Assembly (NCBI GenBank): GCA_964016885.1
Contig: CAXHJY010001582.1
Coordinates: forward strand, 1-56,012
Direction: 5' to 3'
Length of the DNA stretch: 56,012 nucleotides
Source of the DNA: Eledone cirrhosa
Lineage: Eukaryota
A program made the translations under genes and the position numbers. Below the pieces are notes generated by a model that saw only the letters and a list, made by a program, of their open reading frames with translations, was not told where the DNA came from and made no database searches. Positions 1-24,807 of this stretch are shown here, in pieces. Position 1 is the stretch's first letter, and each line of letters opens with the position of its first letter.

Positions 1-15
1 TATATATATATGTAC

Positions 16-47
<32 letters not shown>

Positions 48-72
48 GTACATATATATATATATATATACG

Positions 73-126
<54 letters not shown>

Positions 127-374
127 GCTATAGATAGGTAAATATACACGGGTGTGTATGATTGTGTATAGAAGATTATATTAATAAGAGGAATTCCAAC
201 TTTGTCTGATTTACTCGTTTTATTTACAATCCTTTAAAATATATATAATATGGTATTATAATGAAATAGTATGATAGAATATTAAATTCTAAGTGTTAAT
301 TGAACAAGTACTTTCATGCTTTCGCAATCTTCAGGTTCATGATATGTGGTGACAGTCGAGTTTGCAATTTTCAA
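127..374 (-). mobile_element. Non-coding PLE pLTR/3'-end fragment in (TA)n
   Basis: Unique island flanked by TA repeats; carries a minimal HHR on the minus strand. Confidence 0.65.
301..339 (-). ncRNA. Minimal type I hammerhead ribozyme
   Basis: Minus strand: tgaac-CTGAAGA-ttgc gaaa gcat-GAAA-gtac-TT-gttca; stem I tgaac/gttca; palindrome AAGTACTT. Confidence 0.8.
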
Positions 375-3085
<2,711 letters not shown>

Positions 3086-3086
3086 C

Positions 3087-3161
<75 letters not shown>

Positions 3162-3252
3162 CATATACATATATACATATATATATATACGTATATATAT
3201 ATATATACGTATATATATATATACGTATATATATATATGTATATATATATAC

Positions 3253-3290
<38 letters not shown>

Positions 3291-3340
3291 GTATATATAT
3301 AGAGATTACAGTAATCAAAGTTCAGTTTAAGTCATTTATT

Positions 3341-3387
3341 TGCTTACAATTGTTTCCTCCAAACCGAGGTTTGGATTCTTCGGAGCA
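3341..3387 (-). ncRNA. Type I hammerhead, U4C core variant
   Basis: tgct-CCGAAGA-a tccaaac ctcg gtttgga g-GAAA-caattg-TA-agca. Confidence 0.8.
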
Positions 3388-4933
3388 GCTATTTATAACA
3401 TACTTGACCTCCTTTTCAACCCAAGAGACACATAAAACATATGCGCATATTGATCAACAGTGGGGTGACATTCATCAAATGAAATAGCATGGCAATTTAC
3501 ATATAAAGTGTTACATGATAAAAATAAAATAAAATAAAATAAAATAAAATAAAAGCAAGAGTGAAAATAAAGATAAACATGAAGCGTTGGCAGTCTATGA
3601 AGATAAAGCAAGAGCAAAGCTTAGAGTAGTCAGTGCATGAAGCAATCTCCCGTGTAGCATGCACGCTTGTCTTATCTATAGATGATTAGAGTGCGTCAGA
3701 ATGATATTTGCAGGGTCAGGCAGTTGAAGCAGGCAATGGATCTTATAATATAGGCTGAATTATTAAGTCATTTATTCTCATACATCTGTATGATATACAG
3801 TCTCGGATGCGGGGAAACACCAAAATATCAAAAACCTTCAACATACTATAAACCTTATTGTATCGTAGGCAAGGTCGTACCACTGTCATTGCTCACACCA
3901 CCACTCACATAATCCATGAGACGCAATATATATATAGAGAACACGCGTCTATCGTATAATTCGCAGTGGTTCAGCATATAGTCAAGCTATAAACGGTATC
4001 CGGTCGGTTCTTAATTAATATATCATGCTGTCCAAATTCCGGAAGTGCCTGAATGACTAAGGGGAATTAATGCGTAAGGGAAGGTAACTAGCTAGTTATT
4101 TTAGTTAGATTACTATCCTAAACTACATTAATGGTGATTCAAATACGTGCCTATCATGTGAAGTTATAACTAATATCTAGAGTATGGTACCCATTTATAG
4201 GTTAGAGAGTTGTTCATTAAGAAGTACAAGGGTGTATATACTAGGATGATTGCCAACCAATAATTAAGGGGTGTCATATCTGAATGTTCTATAAGAGGAG
4301 TCGGACTCTCAAGTCACTGCTCCAGGCAAATGTAATACAACAGTAGGACCTGGTATGGTCCCACTATTATATATGCCACCCGGTAGGCTCCGGGTCATTG
4401 CTTGCCTGCATCTCCAGTAAATCTTCAGTATGGTCCGGAGATCCGATCTCTCATATAAACGCACTAGTCTGGCCATCAGGTAATAGACAACCCCCGTCTC
4501 AAATATAAATTAATTATGTATCACATCTCCAAGCTAGAGTAGAGTCTATTAATAGGTATTAAAGGAGTCCACATCAAGATGATTACGTGCATAATTCATT
4601 GAACTGATCGCTTACAGTATATACTCACTTAACATTACGATTATCTATCTAATGATCAATCTATCTCTTGGTGGTAATCCATGCACAGGACTATGCTATC
4701 GCAACCAGTACCGTGTCCCCAATTTATACTAATCTTATATTTGTGCAATGCAGAATAAGTAGTCCACGGTCGGGATATCAGTATTAGAGGTACAAGTGGG
4801 TATTCCCAGGGTAGGTGGCACTCAAATGCTGTCAGTATTATCTTTAGAGTATAGAGATGGGTGTGGATGTGAGGTGTAAGGTGTGCTACTGATGTTAATT
4901 GCTAGGGGTGGTGCCGGTTCCAGTCTGACATTA

Positions 4934-6334
4934 TTATATATAGGGTTTAAAGTTTTGGAACGAGTGTCGGAAGCGGTGTTGGCAATTTGCGAACACTTCT
5001 GATTTTTTATTAAGGAGATTATGTTTAGAGAAGATGATAGTATGGGTCTCTAGTAGACAGAGGTTACAAAATTTATCAGGTGGTTTGTACGATGTTGCAC
5101 TACCTACCACTTCCCATTTAAGTGTATATATTTTATTTTTAGTTTTTAGATAGTGTATGTAGCTAGATAGTGAAGTGGAGTTGGCTAGACTGTGTTTTTT
5201 GAAAGAGTGGAGGTGCGAATTGTATCTAGTTTTGAAGCAGTTAGAAGTGGAGCCTATGTAGGTTTCAGAAGAGCTGTTAGTTGTGACTGTACATGAGTAT
5301 ATGATATCCTTGGTTAAGCATTTTTTATCTAAAGGGCAGGTTCTACTTGATCTACAGTTACAATTACTCTGGGTGCTAGTCTGCTGGTTACTATGCTGTG
5401 TAGAAGTTTGGAGGTTAGCTATAGGGTTATGGTTATGCGGGTTGTGGTACGCAGCGTTAATGTTTACACTAGTGCTATTACTACTATTTCCATTGATATT
5501 ACGGTTATTTGTTATAATGTTACTTTGACTGTCATTTTGAATGTTATTTTGAAGGTTTATCGACCGTTGTGATTTAGTTTGTTGGAAGTAAGAATTAATT
5601 TTTCTTTTATTTGTACTAGCTATGTGGTATGCTAAGTTAGGCGTAGTAGAGTATATCTTAATAGTGTTTTTGTTTAAAAGGCCGTGGTACCTGTGGCCGG
5701 ATGGGAAGTGTTTATCTAGTAGTGAGAAGAAAGCCCTAGGAAGGTTGGTAGAGACGTTTAAATTGAAAGGAGGGTTGAAAATGTATTATTTCTTCTTCTA
5801 TTTCTGTTTTTTATGTCTGGTGATTTGTTTCCTTTAATGTTCCTATGGTCATTTCTGTGGTGCGGGTTACTCTTGTTTTTACAATCCCTATTAGTGTGTG
5901 TGCAGTTGCTATTCTTATTATTAAATTTATTAAATTTTCCCATGGACATGTTGTGTAAAATGATGTTGTAGCTATGTGTTTTTGTAGGTAGGAACTCTAT
6001 CCCTGTATTATGGCCTGATCTAGCTAATGCCTGATTATAATACTGCGAGTTATTGTTAAATGTGTTTATGTCATAGGATAGATTATAGATTCTATTAGAT
6101 ACTCCCTTAGATAGAGTTCAATATAGATTTAGGGTGGTTAGACTTGGTATCTACGTAGATGAGTTTTTCATTAGGTTTGTGGAAAGGTGCATATATCATT
6201 GAGTCTAAGTAGAGTGTGGCGTCTAGGAAGTTGACGTTTTTGGTGTTTTTGTCCATGGTAATACTAAGGTTAAAGTTTTTGAATGTTTTGTGCAATAGTT
6301 TTCTAGTCCTTTCTATATTGAATTTTTTATAGTC
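4934..6334 (-). pseudogene. Frameshifted PLE RT C-terminus and GIY-YIG endonuclease
   Basis: [32 protein letters not shown]; CNCRSSRTCPLDKKCLTKDIIYSC..TYIGSTSNCFKTRYNSH; frame breaks near 6107 and 5780. Confidence 0.9.
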
Positions 6335-13576
<7,242 letters not shown>

Positions 13577-14181
13577 GGTGGCTGCCAACTCGTTTTCGAG
13601 TACGGCCACTACTTTATATCCATATAGGAGAACCCCTACCGATGCGCTGAACGAGTGACTTTTTAGTCCAGCCAGCGACTTGAAAACTCTGGTACAAACA
13701 CTACACTTGTGACAAATATTGACACATAGTGCTGGGCCCATGGTACCATGTGACGACAAGTGCAGAGAGATCTCCAGATATAAAGCAATGCCTGTGCCGT
13801 GAAGCTTTTATAGTGAGCAAAGGCACTGCACAAAGCCAGTCCCACTCTCTTAACCAAGATGATATTTACCAAAAGAAGAACAAGTCAACATCATTGGATA
13901 CCATCAGGGTTGCAGGTGTTATATCAGAGTTTTCCATCTCCTAGAATTCTGCCTTGACAAAGGCTAAGGGGTCATCTCTCCCGGTGATTTTGGATGGCCA
14001 TTGACTCTTAAGAGCTCCTTTGCCCTTTGACAGGTTTTGTTTTTAGTCCTGCAGGATGTCCAAAGTCACCCTCCTCACCAAGAAACCTTGGTGGGGTTGC
14101 CAGTTTAGTCGCCAACGACCCGACCATGGGTCAGGTTGTACTGGGATACATGTTACCAGTAGCACCAACTGGTGACCTGAC
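13577..14181 (-). mobile_element. Non-autonomous RTE-like retroposon, copy 1
   Basis: Near-identical to 44224-44780; remnant C2H2-like end [17 protein letters not shown] followed by a short 3' UTR running into (AT)n; RTE-like 5' UTR words. Confidence 0.6.
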
Positions 14182-16084
<1,903 letters not shown>

Positions 16085-16306
16085 TTTCGTTTCTGAATTG
16101 TTCAGCAAGATTCTTTATCTGAAATCGTGTGTTGAAACCGATATTGTTATACTTCGGGAGGGTCATGTTGCCAATAAGAAACACACGCACCAGCTGCTTT
16201 CACTTCAACTTATTATATATTTATAAATTTATAAATTTACAAATTCACAAACTTATAAATTTCTGGTTGGTTGGTTGGTTCCACTACCAGATAATTGTTT
16301 ATATAT

Positions 16307-16351
16307 AGTCATAGTCCTTTCGTCACACACTCTGTGACCTCTTCAGTGACT
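16307..16351 (-). ncRNA. Type I hammerhead, family C
   Basis: Reverse complement of 16945-16989. Confidence 0.8.
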
Positions 16352-16388
16352 GGGGATTCCTTTCCTCGTTTCAGTGCCTTTCCTTTGT

Positions 16389-16673
16389 AGAAACAGAAAT
16401 ATAGTGTACATATGTGAGACAGCTCATAGTATAGGGGAACGAATAAATGAACACTGGCGAGACCTCCAAGATAATAAAGAATCATCTGTGCTCTACCAAC
16501 ATGCTAAGATAGAACACAGGGGTAGATTAGAGAGCATAGAAATAAAAATAGAATCCACACACAGAAAAGACGCAATGTTTAGGCAAATTACAGAGGCAGT
16601 AAGCATAAAAGAATTAAAACCAAAATTAAATAGAAAATATGAGTGGAACAGCAACATCACAACTTACAATTAA
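16389..16673 (+). pseudogene. GIY-YIG endonuclease C-terminal fragment
   Basis: VYICETAHSIGERINEH (YIGET-like)..LYQHAKIEH..RQITEAVSI..LNRKYEW. Confidence 0.8.
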
Positions 16674-16944
16674 GGACAAAATGAAAACACACACACACAT
16701 AGAACAAACAGCTTACAATTAGGGACAAAATGAAAACACACACAGGACAAAATGAAGACACACACACACATAGAACAAACAACCAACCAACAATAAATAA
16801 ATAAACAAATAGATAAATGAACACAAACACACACAGACACCCGGATGTGGCGCATGCGCAAACTGAGCACACAACACACACACAGAAACAAAATGGCGTA
16901 GGATAGAAGAAAGGAAAGGCACAGAAACGAAGAAAGGAATCCCC

Positions 16945-16989
16945 AGTCACTGAAGAGGTCACAGAGTGTGTGACGAAAGGACTATGACT
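16945..16989 (+). ncRNA. Type I hammerhead, family C
   Basis: agtca-CTGAAGA-g gtcac agagtgt gtgac-GAAA-ggac-TA-tgact. Confidence 0.82.
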
Positions 16990-17152
16990 ATATATAAACA
17001 ACTATCTGGTTGTGGAACCAACCAACCAACCAGAAATTTATAAGTTTGTAAATTTGTAAATTTATAAATTTATAAATATATAATAAATTGAAGTGAAAGC
17101 AACTGGTGCGTGTGTTTCTTATTGGCAACATGACCCTCCCAAAGTATAACAA

Positions 17153-17295
17153 TATATATATATACATATATATATATACGTATATATATATATACGTATA
17201 TATATATATACGTATATATATATATATGTATATATATATAAGTATATATATATGTATATATATACGTATATATATATACGTATATATATATATAC

Positions 17296-17347
<52 letters not shown>

Positions 17348-17421
17348 GTATATATATATATATATACGTATATATATATGTATATATACACGTATATATA
17401 TATACGTATATATATATATAC

Positions 17422-17495
<74 letters not shown>

Positions 17496-17497
17496 GT

Positions 17498-17528
<31 letters not shown>

Positions 17529-17692
17529 CTATATATATATACGTATATATATATATATATATATACGTATATATATATATATATATATACGTATATATAT
17601 ATATATATATACACGTATATATATATATATATATATACGTATATATATATGTATATATACACGTATATATATATACGTATATATATATATAC

Positions 17693-17744
<52 letters not shown>

Positions 17745-17769
17745 GTATATATATATATATATATATACG

Positions 17770-17807
<38 letters not shown>

Positions 17808-17824
17808 CGTATATATATATACGT

Positions 17825-17855
<31 letters not shown>

Positions 17856-17892
17856 CGTATATATACGTATATATATATATATATATATATAC

Positions 17893-17940
<48 letters not shown>

Positions 17941-17963
17941 GTATATATATATATATATATACG

Positions 17964-18058
<95 letters not shown>

Positions 18059-18082
18059 GTATATATATATATATATATATAC

Positions 18083-18139
<57 letters not shown>
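17153..18139. repeat. (TA)n/CG tract
   Basis: Direct reading. Confidence 0.95.
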
Positions 18140-18142
<3 letters not shown>

Positions 18143-18303
18143 TTATACTTTGGGAGGGTCATGTTGCCAATAAGAAACACACGCACCAGTTGCTTTCACT
18201 TCAATTTATTATATATTTATAAATTTATAAATTTACAAATATACAAACTTATAAATTTCTGGTTGGTTGGTTGGTTCCCACAACCAGATAGTTGTTTATA
18301 TAT

Positions 18304-18348
18304 AGTCATAGTCCTTTCGTCAGACACTATGTGACCTCTTCAGTGACT
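18304..18348 (-). ncRNA. Type I hammerhead, family C (stem II mismatch)
   Basis: Same motif as 16945-16989 with two substitutions. Confidence 0.72.
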
Positions 18349-18828
18349 GGGGATTCCTTTCTTTGTTTCTGTGCCTTTCCTTTCTTCTATCCTACGCCAT
18401 TTTGTTTCTGTATGTGTGTTGTGTGCTCAGTTTGCGTATGCGCCACATCCGGGTGTCTGTGTGTGTTTGTGTTCATTTATCTATTTGTTTATTTATTTAT
18501 TTATTGTTGGTTGTTTGTTCTATGTGTGTTTTCATTTTTTCCTGTGTGTGTTTTCATTTTGTCTTTAATTGTAAGTTGTTTGTTGTATGTGTGTGTGTGT
18601 TTTCATTTTGTCCTTAATTGTAAGTTGTGATGTTGCTGTTCCACTCATATTTTCTATTTAATTTTGGTTGTAATTCTTTTATGCTTACTGCCTCTGTAAT
18701 TTGCCTACAAACACACACAAACACCCGGATGTGGCGCATGCGCAAACTGAGCACACAACACACACACAGAAACAAAATGGCCTAGGATAGAAGAAAGGAA
18801 AGGCACAGAAACAAAGAAAGGAATCCCC

Positions 18829-18873
18829 AGTCACTGAAGAGGTCACAGAGTGTGTGACGAAAGGACTATGACT
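18829..18873 (+). ncRNA. Type I hammerhead, family C
   Basis: Identical to 16945-16989. Confidence 0.82.
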
Positions 18874-19056
18874 ATATATAAACAACTATCTGGTTGTGCA
18901 ACCAACCAACCAACCAGAAATTTATAAGTTTGTAGATTTGTAAATTTATAAATATATAATAAATTGAAGTGAAAGCAACTGGTGCCTGTGTTTCTTATTG
19001 GCAACTTGACCCTCCCAAAGTATAACAAAGAATCTTGCTAAACAAATTCAGAAACG

Positions 19057-19155
<99 letters not shown>

Positions 19156-19158
19156 CGT

Positions 19159-19261
<103 letters not shown>

Positions 19262-19447
19262 CGTATATATATATATATATATATATAAGTATATATATAT
19301 ATATATATATTAGAAAGTGAGGGTTTTTTTACAAAATGAAAAATAACCTAGGTGTCCTACACGAGTGGAAGTATAAAGAAAAAGGGATGAAATCGAAAAT
19401 GCAACTGAAGTCTTATTTTTTTAAAAAATATATATATTTATTTGGTT

Positions 19448-19485
19448 CCTTTAGCGGTTTCGCAGTTCTTCTGCTTTTCAAAAGG
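19448..19485 (-). ncRNA. Type I hammerhead, U3-A8 variant
   Basis: cctt-TTGAAAA-gcag aagaa ctgc-GAAA-ccgc-TA-aagg. Confidence 0.72.
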
Positions 19486-19542
19486 TGAGTTGAGATGGAG
19501 GGTCTGTGGTTTTTCTCACCACAGACCCTCCATCTCAACTCA

Positions 19543-19580
19543 CCTTTTGAAAAGCAGAAGAACTGAGAAACCGGTAAAGG
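19543..19580 (+). ncRNA. Type I hammerhead, U3-A8 variant
   Basis: cctt-TTGAAAA-gcag aagaa ctga-GAAA-ccgg-TA-aagg. Confidence 0.72.
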
Positions 19581-19649
19581 AACCAAATAAATATATATAT
19601 TTAAAAAAAAAATAAGACTTCAGTTGCATTTTCGATTTCATCCCTTTTT

Positions 19650-20820
<1,171 letters not shown>

Positions 20821-21093
20821 ACTTTGAATAATTTTGAAATGCTTTGGCCAGTATTGGCCCAGGTCATGTCTAACTTAATAGCACCACCTGGCGAAGTCTT
20901 TCAATTCAGGATTTGGGCACCATGTCCCATTCGAGAAGAGAATTACTGTTTGCGGAGACATATACGGGTGTGGGTGGTTTGTCCGGGATTACTTGGAGGA
21001 ATTTGTCCAAAGACTTCTTGAATTTTGTGTGGTCAGTTTCTGTTTTGACGTGTCCTGGTGTGATGTTGAAGAGAGCAGGGCCGATTGAGGTGA
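20821..21093 (-). mobile_element. 3' end of a non-LTR LINE (CR1/L2/Jockey-type ORF2 terminus and short 3' UTR)
   Basis: [32 protein letters not shown] followed by an ~85-nt UTR. Confidence 0.75.
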
Positions 21094-21149
21094 TAGAAAA
21101 TGCTGACAAATTGTTCACAGTTGAAAAATGGTTAAATTAGGAAGAATTC

Positions 21150-22410
21150 GTGATAGAGGGACTCAAATTTATCTTGGAGAACAATTACTTCGTTTTCTAT
21201 AACAAACCCTACAGGCAGAAATCTGGGACCGCTATGGGAACGAAAACAGCCCCCACTTATGCCAACCTAGTCATGGGATACCTGGAAATCACCCTCTACA
21301 CTAAAGTCCTAAACAAATTTGGAAACACCCTCCACTTACACATTGAAAGGAACTGGAAGCGATATCTAGATGACTTCTTCATCCTTTGGCACGAAAACAT
21401 CGAAAAACTTAAAGAATTTCACACCCTTATAAATGGGCTCAACACAAATATTAACTTCACGATGGAATACAGCCATCAACAACTCCCCTTCCTCGACATC
21501 CTCATTAAGATCCATAACAAAAAAATAGAAACAGACATATACTACAAGCCCACAGACTCCAAGCAACTCTTGCCACCCTAGACACGTTAAAATTAATATT
21601 CCCTACAACTTAACCAAGAGAATCTGTACTATAGTCTCCAATAAAAACATCTGCTACTTACGGCTACAAGAACTAAAGGACACACTCATAGGCAGGGACT
21701 ACCCTGCATCACTAATTGACAATGGAATCCAACGTGCCCTAAAACTCAGTACCCAGGACCTTAGACACCCTAAAGTAAATCAACCAAAACTAAAAGCTCT
21801 TCCATACATCTCCACACACAACCCCCTCAACAATGAGGCCTTTGACACCATCCTCCAGAACATCCCTGTATTGAAAAAGGACTATAGAATGAACCAAATT
21901 CTACGAACACACGACATCATAAAGAGCAAAAGACAATGCAAGTCAATGAAAAACATCTTAACACATGCCAAAGTACTGCCAACCACAACAACGAAACCCA
22001 CAGTAAAAAAATGCGATAGACCCAACTGTGGCATTTGCATCAACCTAATAGAGGGTTCGGAATTCTATTTCAAAGATGGACAACGTTTTATAGTAAAACA
22101 CAATTTCACATGTGCATCGGATAATCTAATATATGTATTAACTTGTTCAGGTTGTCGAGAACAATACATAGGCCAGACCAAAAACAGCCTCCGCCAACGC
22201 ATTACTGTCCATAGATCCCAAATCAAAATACGGGAATACGGGAAAATACCACTGAGTGAACACATTGATACCTGTGCCGCCCCAAATCATCCCAACTTCA
22301 GAATCTTTCCCCTCTACAAATTTGAAGATAATGCCACCCACACCCAGCGCATCAGCAAGGAATCTTACTTCATTAACAAATACGGACCCCGTCTAAACAC
22401 TTCTCCCTAA
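21150..22410 (+). pseudogene. PLE RT, Zn-knuckle linker and GIY-YIG (one frameshift near 21570)
   Basis: QKSGTAMGTKTAPTYANL, RYLDD, LPFLD, YYKPTD; frame 21571-22410: CHPRHVKINIPY, CDRPNCGIC, NLIYVLTCSGCREQYIGQT..RITVH. Confidence 0.95.
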
Positions 22411-22560
22411 GACGAACCCACAACATACACACGTCAACATACATACCTACACCAGCACACATCTCTACCCACACATAAACACAATGACATACGTAAACAC
22501 ACATGCTCTATGGTGCAACACAAGAAAATATATGTGCACATATATATATGTATATATATG

Positions 22561-22593
<33 letters not shown>

Positions 22594-22750
22594 ATATAGT
22601 GAATGTATGTATGTGTATATACATATAGTGAATATCATTTCACACCTTTTATTGTTAAGATTTTTGATGTTCTATTAAGAGAACCGATTTTACTGAAAAA
22701 ATCGAATAATGTACACCATTTTACCAGGGGGAAAAAAATACTGGTCCACC

Positions 22751-22782
<32 letters not shown>

Positions 22783-22941
22783 CACACACACATACACACG
22801 CGTACATCAACATACATACGCACTTCTCCGTATAAGACAAAAGCTGAAAAATGTCTTTTGACATGCTAAAATACCCCCCATTGCTTTCAGACACATTCTT
22901 ACTGACCATCCCTGCCACCACGAATTACTCTGCTACACACA

Positions 22942-22972
<31 letters not shown>

Positions 22973-23046
22973 TTATCTTAATAGCCATTTGACACACATC
23001 GTTGCTAACCATTATCACAACATCGAACACCTTACTACTAATACTA

Positions 23047-23048
<2 letters not shown>

Positions 23049-23124
<76 letters not shown>
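23049..23124. repeat. (CA)n inside the PLE 3' UTR
   Basis: Direct reading. Confidence 0.95.
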
Positions 23125-23128
<4 letters not shown>

Positions 23129-23310
23129 TTGTTGTGAAAGAGTCATTTCTCAATCTTGGTGCAAAACCAATTTTTTATTCACATGACCTCTACCGACCAA
23201 TCAAAATTGTTTTGACCACAAGAATTTTTGCAAATTGGAGCCACTTTTTTAACATAAAAACAGGTAGAATTCCCAAAACAACTCAGATCAGACACTCTAT
23301 CTCAAAATTA

Positions 23311-23347
23311 TTTTTGAAAAGCATTTAGAAATGCGCAACCGGTAAAA
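23311..23347 (+). ncRNA. Atypical hammerhead-like motif (U3-A8; GCAA instead of GAAA)
   Basis: ttt-TTGAAAA-gcattt ag aaatgc-GCAA-ccgg-TA-aaa; same core at 55841-55874. Confidence 0.55.
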
Positions 23348-23508
23348 ACTTAAAAACTTAAAAGCACAACTGAATACTAACCCATACAATCACTAATACT
23401 CTTTTATTCCTAATTAAACCATTTTTCAACTGTGAACAATTTGTCAGCATTTTCTATTCCGTTTACCAATATATAATAACTTGTGTGTTACACCTCTATT
23501 CTTTTAAC

Positions 23509-23543
23509 TATATACGTATATATATATATATATATATACATAC

Positions 23544-23583
<40 letters not shown>

Positions 23584-23611
23584 GTATATATATATATATA
23601 TATATATATAC

Positions 23612-23651
<40 letters not shown>

Positions 23652-23707
23652 GTATATATATATATATATATATATATATACGTATATATATATATATATA
23701 TATATAC

Positions 23708-23753
<46 letters not shown>

Positions 23754-23781
23754 GTATATATATATATATATATATATATAC

Positions 23782-23853
<72 letters not shown>

Positions 23854-23895
23854 GTATATATATATATATATATATATACGTATATATATATATAC

Positions 23896-23933
<38 letters not shown>

Positions 23934-23955
23934 GTATATATATATATATATATAC

Positions 23956-23991
<36 letters not shown>

Positions 23992-24021
23992 GTATATATA
24001 TATATATATATATATATATAC

Positions 24022-24053
<32 letters not shown>

Positions 24054-24054
24054 G

Positions 24055-24086
<32 letters not shown>

Positions 24087-24087
24087 C

Positions 24088-24121
<34 letters not shown>

Positions 24122-24150
24122 GTATATATATATATATATATATAAATACG

Positions 24151-24181
<31 letters not shown>

Positions 24182-24337
24182 GTATATATACGTATATATA
24201 TATATATAATTGTATATATATATATGTATATATATATATACGTATATATATACGTATATATATAATTGTATATATATGTATATATATATATGTATATATA
24301 TATATAACGTATATATATATATATATATATATATAAC

Positions 24338-24373
<36 letters not shown>

Positions 24374-24485
24374 GTATATATATATATATATATACGTATA
24401 TATATATATATATATATATATACGTATATATATATATATATATATATATATACGTATATATATATATAAATATATATATATATAC

Positions 24486-24556
<71 letters not shown>
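23509..24556. repeat. (TA)n/CG tract
   Basis: Direct reading. Confidence 0.95.
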
Positions 24557-24559
<3 letters not shown>

Positions 24560-24760
24560 TTAGTTATACTATTTATGGTTATGTAAACACAAAACCTTAA
24601 GCAGTTGTAAGTATTTTACACACACCCTAAATAGTGGTAGGCAGTAATGTATTACTACCTTATTACCAGTAAGTTAAGTAGCTCAATGTAAAAACATCAG
24701 CTGATTTACAGAGCAGTTATATGAAATATAAGAATCAAAGAACTGTTCAAAACATTATTG

Positions 24761-24807
24761 TGCTTACAGCTGTTTCCTCCAAACCGAGGTTTGGATTCTT
24801 CGGAGCA
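24761..24807 (-). ncRNA. Type I hammerhead, U4C variant
   Basis: Reverse complement of 29881-29927. Confidence 0.8.

Larger units (their letters stand above)
3301..6334 (-). mobile_element. 5'-truncated Penelope-like element, family A (CNCR-type, Nematis-like)
   Basis: RT thumb, GIY-YIG domain, about 1.6 kb 3' UTR and HHR; homologous to 24557-29982. Confidence 0.92.
16085..17152. mobile_element. PLE family C, two-armed inverted insertion 1
   Basis: Minus arm 16085-16386 carries the tail; plus arm 16387-17152 carries the GIY-YIG end and no tail; HHR in both. Confidence 0.88.
18140..19059. mobile_element. PLE family C, two-armed inverted insertion 2
   Basis: Minus tail-less arm 18140-~18707; plus tailed arm ~18707-19059 with a deletion in the tail. 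Confidence 0.88.
19310..19654. mobile_element. Palindromic pLTR-only PLE insertion, family G
   Basis: Arms of about 140 bp around ~19514; extra ~60-nt tail on the left only. Confidence 0.8.
21093..23508 (+). mobile_element. 5'-truncated Neptune-like PLE with a short inverted 3' piece (21093-21143) at its 5' end
   Basis: RT, Cys-rich linker, GIY-YIG; CA-rich 3' UTR; 21093-21143 is the inverse of about 23406-23457. Confidence 0.92.

Noticed and set aside
14030-14181. HDV-like ribozyme in the RTE-like 5' end
   Set aside because: P4- and J4/2-like pieces (gtcg-ttgg-cgac, CTAA-actgg) exist, but I could not build P3/L3/P1.1 in the correct order
19310-19654. MITE or DNA-transposon interpretation of the palindromic islands (also 46639, 51928)
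   Set aside because: Ends are asymmetric, hammerheads are present, and families D and E link directly to GIY-YIG-coding copies
23509-24556. Telomerase-like synthesis of the TA/CG tracts by PLE RT
   Set aside because: No template for the TA/CG pattern found in any element; slippage and duplication suffice, and it cannot be tested from this window
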